A stretch of DNA of 32,000 nt, from assembly GCF_001644705.1 (NCBI RefSeq), contig NZ_CP015137.1, positions 1,290,001-1,322,000 on the forward strand. The letters run 5' to 3'. A program made the translations under genes and the position numbers. The notes below the pieces were generated by a model that had not been told where the DNA came from, did no database searches, and saw only the letters and a list, made by a program, of their open reading frames with translations. This document shows positions 22,373 through 32,000 of this stretch, one piece after another; the first letter of the stretch is position 1; every line of letters begins with the position of its first letter. The DNA is from Dickeya solani IPO 2222 (GTDB lineage: Bacteria; Pseudomonadota; Gammaproteobacteria; Enterobacterales; Enterobacteriaceae).

Positions 22373-24178
22373 CTAGTCGGCGTACATGGATTCGATTTCC
22401 AGCTGATAACGCTGATGAATGACCTTCCGGCGGAGTTTTAATGTCGGGGTCAATTCGCCTTCCTCCTGGCTGAACGGCGCTGGTAACAGGGTGAATTTCT
22501 TCACCTGCTCGAAGCGGGCGAACTCTTTTTGCACATCGCGTAACCGCTGTTCAAACAGCGACAGAATATGGCTGTGGCGCAGTAACTCCAACCGATCCTG
22601 ATACCCCAGATTGATCGAGCGAGCATACTCTTCCAGCGCCTCAAAGCAGGGAACGATCAACGCGGAGACATATTTGCGGGCGTCGGCGATCACCGCGACC
22701 TGCTCAATAAAGCGGTCCTGCCCCAGCGCGCCTTCCAGATGCTGCGGCGCAATGTATTTGCCGCCCGAGGTTTTCATCAGGTCCTTAAGGCGTTCAGTGA
22801 TGAACAGGTTGCCGTTGGCGTCCACTTCGCCCACATCACCGGTTTTGAACCAGCCATCCGGCGTAAAGGCGGCCTCCGTCTCTTGCGGGCGGCGATAGTA
22901 GCCGCGCATCACGGTAGCGCCGCGCACCTCAATTTCATTTTGTTCGCCAATGCGCACATCGATACCCGGCAACGGTGTCCCGACCGACCCCAGCCGATAG
23001 TGATCGGCCTCCCAACAGGACACGGTGGCGCAGGTTTCGGTCAGGCCGTAGCCATAAACGATGCGAACCCCCATTGCCTGGAAGAAGGCGATAATATTGT
23101 CATCCAGACGCGCGCCCGCCGCCGGCAGAAAACGCACCTTTCCTCCCAGCAATTGGCGCAGGCGCGACAGCACCAGCCGATCGGCAAGACGATACGTCAA
23201 TGCATTCCACAGGCCAGCGCGTTTCCCGGCCTGTCGATGTAAACACCGTTTATTGCCTTGTGCGAGCCCCCAGTGAAACAATGTGCGCCGGTGCCACGGT
23301 GCCTGCGCCACCTTTTCATGAATGGCGCTGAACACTTTCTCGTAGAAACGCGGCACTGCGCACATCACGGTAGGGCGGACCGCCGCCATCGCCTCACGCA
23401 CCTGATTGGTGTCGCGCAGGTACACGTTCTGCGCGCCGCGGTGCATGATAAGAAAGCTCCAGGCGCGCTCGAAAACGTGCGACAACGGCAGAAAGCACAG
23501 CGATACGTCCTGTTCGTTCGTCTGCAGCCGCCCATCATGCAGCACCAGTTGGGTCGCCATATTGGCGTAATCCAGCATCACCCCTTTAGGCTCGCCGGTG
23601 GTGCCGGAGGTGTAGATCAACGTGAACAGATCGCTCAAATCCCGATCGGCCACCCGTTGCCGCAGCACCGGTTCCCACACCAACAATTCTGCCTGTTCTT
23701 CAAATTCCTGTAGCGATACCGCGATATCACAACCACGACGACGAATTTGCTCATCCAGCAGAATAATGGTGCGCAGTTGCGGACAGCTGTCGCGCAGCGA
23801 CATCAGCAGATCAAACTGCACCTGTCCGCCGACAAAAACGGTACGGATATCCGCGTCATTCAGAATGAACGCCGCCTGCGCCGCCGCGCTGGTGGCATAG
23901 AGCGGTACGGTAATCGCCCGCAGGTGCAGCAGCGCCAGATCCGCCAACGACCAGGTGATGGCGTTGTCGGAAAAGATCGCCACCCGTTCCTGGACATCAA
24001 CGCCCAGCCCCAGCAGGCCGCAGGCGATGCGGCGGATACGCTCGCCCACCTGATGCCAGTCGAGTTGTTGTTCCTGTTCGGGCGCCCACTCGCGAAACGC
24101 CAGCGCGTCAGGGCGCTGAGCAATCTGCTGCTGAATGCGGTGAACCAGATGGTAATGCGAGAGTGAATTCGTCTTCAT
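22373..24178 (-). CDS. AMP-binding long-chain acyl-CoA synthetase (FAA1/COG1022-type adenylate-forming enzyme)
   Basis: 601-aa ORF with adenylation core motifs YTSGTTGEPKG, GYGLTE, WFKTGDVG and a C-terminal TPTLKLRRK. I do not recognise a specific gene name. Confidence 0.88.
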   Translation of the reverse strand: MKTNSLSHYHLVHRIQQQIAQRPDALAFREWAPEQEQQLDWHQVGERIRRIACGLLGLGVDVQERVAIFSDNAITWSLADLALLHLRAITVPLYATSAAAQAAFILNDADIRTVFVGGQVQFDLLMSLRDSCPQLRTIILLDEQIRRRGCDIAVSLQEFEEQAELLVWEPVLRQRVADRDLSDLFTLIYTSGTTGEPKGVMLDYANMATQLVLHDGRLQTNEQDVSLCFLPLSHVFERAWSFLIMHRGAQNVYLRDTNQVREAMAAVRPTVMCAVPRFYEKVFSAIHEKVAQAPWHRRTLFHWGLAQGNKRCLHRQAGKRAGLWNALTYRLADRLVLSRLRQLLGGKVRFLPAAGARLDDNIIAFFQAMGVRIVYGYGLTETCATVSCWEADHYRLGSVGTPLPGIDVRIGEQNEIEVRGATVMRGYYRRPQETEAAFTPDGWFKTGDVGEVDANGNLFITERLKDLMKTSGGKYIAPQHLEGALGQDRFIEQVAVIADARKYVSALIVPCFEALEEYARSINLGYQDRLELLRHSHILSLFEQRLRDVQKEFARFEQVKKFTLLPAPFSQEEGELTPTLKLRRKVIHQRYQLEIESMYAD

Positions 24179-24334
24179 GCGCGTGCGGGCCTGGCAATCT
24201 CAAAAATAGGCGTAAAAATCGGGCAGGCAGTCTACCGCGCCCATCAACGGCGTCAAAGCGCTTTCCTCCGCTTTTCCGCCGGGAATGTGACGGGTAAAAC
24301 ACACCACATGCCGCTACCGTATGCGATCCTGAGG

Positions 24335-24363
24335 TTGACATCAATGCGGGAATCAAGTACCAA
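24335..24363 (+). promoter_or_regulatory. candidate leu operon promoter
   Basis: A perfect -35 TTGACA (24335-24340) is followed by a 17-nt spacer and TACCAA(T) (24358-24364), about 45 nt upstream of leuL. The -10 is imperfect, so the assignment is tentative. Confidence 0.4.
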
Positions 24364-24408
24364 TAAAAGCAGAACTGAATTTTTAACCGACTTGGACAAC
24401 GAAACAGC

Positions 24409-24492
24409 ATGTTTAACTTCGCTCAGCTACTAGGCCTACTACTAAACGCATCTCACGTGCGCGGTATGCCGGTGGGCGAAATCAAGAGCTGA
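24409..24492 (+). CDS. leuL: leu operon leader peptide (27 aa)
   Basis: Manual read gives ATG..TGA encoding MFNFAQLLGLLLNASHVRGMPVGEIKS. There are five Leu codons within six positions, all the rare CUA codon. The context (LLLNAS) matches E. coli LeuL. It lies directly upstream of the attenuator and leuA. Confidence 0.85.
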   Translation: MFNFAQLLGLLLNASHVRGMPVGEIKS

Positions 24493-24512
24493 TTTCACGT
24501 CACACCTCATAT

Positions 24513-24545
24513 AAAAAACCCGCGCCGATGCGCGGGTTTTTTTTT
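24513..24545 (+). terminator. leu attenuator (rho-independent terminator)
   Basis: aaaaaACCCGCGC-cgat-GCGCGGGT followed by nine T residues (24537-24545). It sits between the leuL stop and the leuA ATG. Confidence 0.85.
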
Positions 24546-24588
24546 ACTCGCCGGGCGCACAGGCAAACAGAACAAAGGAACCAGACCG

Positions 24589-28657
<4,069 letters not shown>

Positions 28658-28669
28658 GAGAGGCAATCC

Positions 28670-29272
28670 ATGGCTAAATTTACCCAACATACTGGTTTGG
28701 TGGTGCCGCTGGATGCCGCCAACGTCGATACCGATGCCATTATCCCGAAGCAGTTTCTGCAAAAGGTGACCCGCACCGGTTTCGGCCAGCATCTGTTCCA
28801 CGACTGGCGTTTTCTGGATGATGCGGGCCAGCAGCCCAACCCGGATTTCGTGCTGAACCAGCCGCGTTATAAAGGCGCCAGTATTCTGCTGGCGCGCGAA
28901 AACTTTGGCTGCGGCTCTTCACGCGAGCACGCGCCGTGGGCGCTGACCGACTATGGCTTCAAGGTGGTGATCGCACCGAGTTTTGCCGACATTTTCTACG
29001 GCAACTCGTTCAACAACCAGCTGTTGCCGGTCAAACTGAGCGAATCCGACATTGACGATCTGTTCAAGCTGGTGGCGAGCCATGAAGGCATCACCTTCAT
29101 GGTGGATCTGGAAGCGCAGCAGGTGAAAGCGGGCGATAACATCTACTCGTTTGAGATAGACAACTTCCGCCGTCACTGCATGATCAACGGGTTGGACAGC
29201 ATCGGTCTGACGCTGCAGCACGACGCGGCCATCGCCCGTTACGAGCAGCAACAACCCGCCTTCCTGCGTTAA
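28670..29272 (+). CDS. leuD: 3-isopropylmalate dehydratase small subunit LeuD
   Basis: 200-aa ORF starting [50 protein letters not shown] and containing [13 protein letters not shown]. Confidence 0.98.
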   Translation: MAKFTQHTGLVVPLDAANVDTDAIIPKQFLQKVTRTGFGQHLFHDWRFLDDAGQQPNPDFVLNQPRYKGASILLARENFGCGSSREHAPWALTDYGFKVVIAPSFADIFYGNSFNNQLLPVKLSESDIDDLFKLVASHEGITFMVDLEAQQVKAGDNIYSFEIDNFRRHCMINGLDSIGLTLQHDAAIARYEQQQPAFLR

Positions 29273-29301
29273 TTCGGCCTTGCCGTCTTACAACCAACAC
29301 A

Positions 29302-29323
29302 AAGCCCACCTCAGTGGGCTTTT
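29302..29323 (+). terminator. rho-independent terminator of the leu operon (bidirectional-looking)
   Basis: AAGCCCAC-ctca-GTGGGCTT followed by TTT, about 30 nt after the leuD stop. An A-run on the 5' side means it could also terminate minus-strand transcripts. Confidence 0.8.
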
Positions 29324-29657
29324 GATTGCAGCCCCCTTAAGTCCAAGGTGAAGGGGTTTCCGGCGTCAAAAACTGTGCTGAGGTGGACGACTTCGCCGGG
29401 TGAGCGACAGGACGTCGCGAAAGCCCGCGCCGCGCCTGACAAAAACGCCGGGAGCGTTTTTGAACAGCGTTTACGCTGGCCCGTAGGGCGAGCCCCAGGG
29501 ATGGGGCGAGTAACCGCGTCACGGGCGGCCCGAACAGCGAAGGCGAACGCCGAAGGGACCGCGCAGCGGCACAGTTTAGCCACCAGCCAGAGGTCAAGGA
29601 GAGACGGCGTTTGAGTCTCTCCTTGTCGGGCGTGGCTGATGCTGCAAAGGGACAATC
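29324..29657. other. unassigned GC-rich, hairpin-dense non-coding block (candidate structured RNA; strand uncertain, plus slightly favoured)
   Basis: No credible ORF: all frames give R/S/P/A-rich junk. It contains multiple perfect local stems and nested long-range complementarities, detailed in the findings. Confidence 0.4.
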
Positions 29658-29738
29658 GACGTTATCACGCACGAAACGTTCCACCGCTCTTGCATAAATT
29701 CGTCAGCAACAAAACAACACGGTTGTTTGTCAACAACC

Positions 29739-30638
29739 TCAGTGAGAACGCGGACCGCGGCTCCAGTAGGCCATAAAGGTGATGGATTCCTGCGTCATGC
29801 CTTTTTCTCCCAGCAGATAACGGCGCAACGCCTTCACCGCTGACGATTCAGCCGCCACCCAGCCGAAGAATTGGCCTTGCTGAGCGTTTGCCCGCTCCCA
29901 CATGATTTCGTCATCCGGGATCTCAGCTACCGTTACCGCGCCAGCGTGGGTATGCTCCGGCAGGCGCACCGACTGACGCGCCGCGTCCAGCAAGCACTCG
30001 CCATAGGTCGCACCGGTACCTTCGCGCGGCAGCCAGACCACCTCGGCGAAATCCAGATGGCGATAGTCGATGCAATCCGCCTGCAATGGTACTTCGATAA
30101 ACGCCTGCACCTGCGGCGGGTTATCCTGTTGTGATAACTGTTCCAGAATGCTTTTGATCGCCGGCAGCGCGGTTTCATCCCCCATCAGCAGCACCTGACG
30201 GGTGTTTTCCGACAACACCCACTCATAACCGCCGTTATCGCCGGCAAAATCGCCGCGCGGCGCCACCACCTGCAGTTCCGCACCGGGCTGTGCGTTCAAC
30301 GCCCAAGCCGAAGCCGGGCCTTCGGTGCCATGTACCACGAATTCCACCACCATTTCTCCGGCGACGGTATCCAGACTGCGCAGCGTGTAGGTGCGGGGGA
30401 TCGGGCGTTGTGGTTTAGGCATTGCCTGCACCAGCTTATACCACTCGCCGACATCCGGCAGGCGCGACGGCGTGCCGTCCTCGGCGGGCAGCAACACCTT
30501 AATTCGTTGATCCGGCGAGCAGATTTTCATCTGTTTCACCGCGTCGCCGCTGAATACACAACGCATCAGCGATGGGGTAAGCAATGTCTTGTGGGCCAAC
30601 GTAACATCAAACACTTTATATTCCTTTACCCCAGCCAT
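29739..30638 (-). CDS. siderophore-interacting FAD-binding reductase (SIP / ViuB-YqjH family)
   Basis: 299-aa ORF with the SIP-family RTYTLRS FAD-binding motif and an LMGDETALPAI NAD(P)H-binding-type motif. GAGG lies 6 nt upstream of the ATG, and a Fur box sits in its promoter. Confidence 0.88.
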   Translation of the reverse strand: MAGVKEYKVFDVTLAHKTLLTPSLMRCVFSGDAVKQMKICSPDQRIKVLLPAEDGTPSRLPDVGEWYKLVQAMPKPQRPIPRTYTLRSLDTVAGEMVVEFVVHGTEGPASAWALNAQPGAELQVVAPRGDFAGDNGGYEWVLSENTRQVLLMGDETALPAIKSILEQLSQQDNPPQVQAFIEVPLQADCIDYRHLDFAEVVWLPREGTGATYGECLLDAARQSVRLPEHTHAGAVTVAEIPDDEIMWERANAQQGQFFGWVAAESSAVKALRRYLLGEKGMTQESITFMAYWSRGPRSH

Positions 30639-30742
30639 AACTCGCCTCTACCTCTCTGCTTGTGACTCTCCGGCAACATGCCGCCTGTTGATGACTTGTG
30701 CCGACAACGGCCTCAAACCCCGCACAGTTTTATCATTTACCC

Positions 30743-30770
30743 ACGATAATGAGAAACATTATTGAGTCAA
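30743..30770 (-). promoter_or_regulatory. sigma70-like promoter overlapped by a Fur box
   Basis: The minus strand reads TTGACT (30770-30765), a 16-nt spacer, then TATCGT (30748-30743). On the plus strand, GATAATGAGAAACATTATT (30745-30763) matches the 19-bp Fur consensus GATAATGATAATCATTATC at 16 of 19 positions. It spans the spacer and the -10 element. Confidence 0.65.
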
Positions 30771-30887
30771 TTTCTATTCTCATGACAGCCATAACCCGCT
30801 GCCTCCGGATTGCACGCGGGATCACGGTTTTATCCGCTGCTTTTCGCCTATTCTGATTATTGGTTATTCACGAGATAAGGAGACCTC

Positions 30888-30998
30888 ATGACACGCGTTA
30901 TCCGGTGTTATCGCCTGAGCCTCTCCGGCGATTGCCGCCCCTGGTTCAACATCGACCACCGTCTCACCAACGATTTCCCACGCCGGTTTCATGCCTGA
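30888..30998 (+). CDS. tnaC: TnaC-like tryptophan-sensing leader peptide (36 aa)
   Basis: Manual read: TAAGGAG (30876-30882) lies 5 nt before the ATG, and the peptide is [36 protein letters not shown]. It contains the WFNID block of E. coli TnaC (..SKWFNIDNKIVDHRP) with identical Trp-Asp-Pro spacing (W19, D23, P31 versus W12, D16, P24). It lies directly upstream of a tryptophanase gene. Confidence 0.78.
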   Translation: MTRVIRCYRLSLSGDCRPWFNIDHRLTNDFPRRFHA

Positions 30999-31093
30999 TT
31001 CAGCTACACGCTGATTTTTCTCTTTTATTTCAATCTATGTTGACGTCATACCGCGGCAGTTACGTCTGCTGGTGGGCGTCGTGGAGATATCGC

Positions 31094-32000
31094 ATGAAAC
31101 GCATTCCTGAGCCTTTTCGCATCAAAATGGTAGAAAACATCCGAATGACCACCCGCGACGAACGGGAGCGCGCCCTGCAGGAAGCAGGCTATAACCCGTT
31201 TCTGCTGCGCAGCGAGGATGTCTATATCGACCTGCTGACCGACTCCGGCACCGGCGCCATGAGCGACCGTCAATGGGCAGGGCTGATGATGGGCGACGAA
31301 GCCTACGCCGGGTCGAGAAACTATTACCACCTGTGCGATCAGGTGAAAGCGCTGCTGGGTTATCCGTTCACCATTCCCACCCATCAGGGGCGCGGCGCGG
31401 AGCAAATCCTGTTCCCGTGTCTGATTGCCAAAAAACAGCGCGCCGGCGGCGGCAAGAAACCGGTGTTTATTTCCAACTTCCATTTCGACACCACCGCCGC
31501 CCACGTGGAACTGAACGGCGCGCGCGCCATCAACGTGGTGACGCCAAAAGCCTTCGACACCACCACCTATTACGACTGGAAGGGCGACTTCGACCTTGAC
31601 CTGCTGCACACCACCATCGAGCAACACGGCGCGGACAACGTGGTGGCGATCATCACCACCGTCACCTGCAACAGCTCCGGTGGTCAGCCAATCTCGATGG
31701 GCAACATGCGCGAGGTGTATCGCATCGCGCAGCAGCACGGAATTCCGGTGGTGATCGACTCCGCCCGCTTCTGCGAAAACGCCTGGTTTATCAAACAGCG
31801 CGAAGCCGGCTACGAAAACCGTTCGATCAAGGAGATCGTCCACGAGATGTACCAATACGGCGACATGCTCACCATGTCGGCGAAGAAAGACCCGATGGTG
31901 AACATTGGCGGCCTGTGCTGTTTTCGCAGCGATGAAGATCTGTTCAATGAAGTGCGCATCCGCTGCGTGCCGATGGAAGGCTTCGTCACCTATGGCGGTC
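31094..32000 (+). CDS. tnaA: tryptophanase-family beta-eliminating lyase (N-terminal ~302 codons; continues past the window end)
   Basis: Manual translation from ATG 31094 (GGAG 8 nt upstream) gives [58 protein letters not shown]...THQGRGAEQ...FDTT...[16 protein letters not shown]...[14 protein letters not shown], where SAKKD carries the PLP lysine. The DSARF, FDTT and SAKKD blocks match TnaA rather than tyrosine phenol-lyase. It is absent from the ORF track because no stop falls inside the window. Confidence 0.92.
   Translation, partial: MKRIPEPFRIKMVENIRMTTRDERERALQEAGYNPFLLRSEDVYIDLLTDSGTGAMSDRQWAGLMMGDEAYAGSRNYYHLCDQVKALLGYPFTIPTHQGRGAEQILFPCLIAKKQRAGGGKKPVFISNFHFDTTAAHVELNGARAINVVTPKAFDTTTYYDWKGDFDLDLLHTTIEQHGADNVVAIITTVTCNSSGGQPISMGNMREVYRIAQQHGIPVVIDSARFCENAWFIKQREAGYENRSIKEIVHEMYQYGDMLTMSAKKDPMVNIGGLCCFRSDEDLFNEVRIRCVPMEGFVTYGG

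Noticed and set aside
29555-29610. Cobalamin-riboswitch-like strings (cgcgcagcgg, gccacc.., ccagaggtcaagg)
   Set aside because: The resemblance to the btuB leader is limited to short strings. The B12-box and core motifs are not present, and no downstream gene lies on the appropriate strand.
29324-29657. CsrB/RsmB-type CsrA-sponge RNA (GGA motifs in hairpin loops: AGGAC, CGGGA, GGGA)
   Set aside because: There are only seven GGA triplets on the plus strand. By my rough estimate that is about what the base composition predicts, and it is far sparser than in CsrB or RsmB. There is no CAGGAUG-type reiteration, no GacA/UvrY box and no clean terminator. I keep it only as a low-probability alternative.
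29311-29684. ORFs of 88, 114 and 115 aa on both strands of the leuD-downstream block
   Set aside because: All are R/S/P/A-rich with no SD and overlap one another in a GC-rich region. The sequence behaves like structured non-coding DNA or RNA rather than a gene.
31046-31855. 269-aa minus-strand ORF, the only ORF-track entry covering this region
   Set aside because: The plus strand encodes a clear tryptophanase N-terminus that is missing from the track only because it has no stop inside the window. The minus frame is a G/A/V/H-rich shadow.

Overview
This window is conserved enterobacterial core chromosome, equivalent to the E. coli '2-minute' region read in reverse. On the minus strand it carries lpxC (3' end cut by the window edge), ftsZ, ftsA, ftsQ, a decayed ddlB stub, murC, murG, ftsW, murD, mraY, murF, murE, ftsI, ftsL, rsmH and mraZ, with the Pmra promoter and MraZ operator repeats upstream. 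After that come an AT-rich spacer, alaE (+), cra (-), ilvIH (-), an AMP-binding acyl-CoA synthetase (-) and leuL-leuABCD (+) with a classic leucine attenuator. The window ends with a hairpin-dense non-coding block, a Fur-box-controlled siderophore-interacting reductase (-), and a tnaC-like leader followed by tryptophanase (+), which runs off the window end. The core genes look intact and are packed with ATGA/TAATG/GTGA start-stop overlaps. Protein sequences resemble my recollection of the E. coli orthologues. GC-rich codon usage plus tnaA suggests a Pectobacteriaceae or Dickeya-like host, but that is a guess. I saw no CRISPR array, transposase or integrase, tRNA or rRNA, prophage, or recognisable defence or toxin system, so I cannot support a claim of a novel multi-gene system. 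Six points deserve a second look. (1) ddlB is reduced to a 51-codon open stub. (2) An orphan ~335-nt block downstream of leuD hand-folds into a tidy nested four-helix junction and is a candidate structured RNA. (3) The TnaC-type leader has five extra sense codons after the conserved Pro and only a short spacer before tnaA. (4) Three perfect or near-perfect 16-bp tandem repeats abut the ilvI Shine-Dalgarno (SD) sequence. (5) An AT-rich ~0.75-kb block with small ORFs lies upstream of alaE. (6) Synteny departs from E. coli: there is no leuO and no sgrRS/setA. All homology statements come from memory of reference proteins, not from searches.
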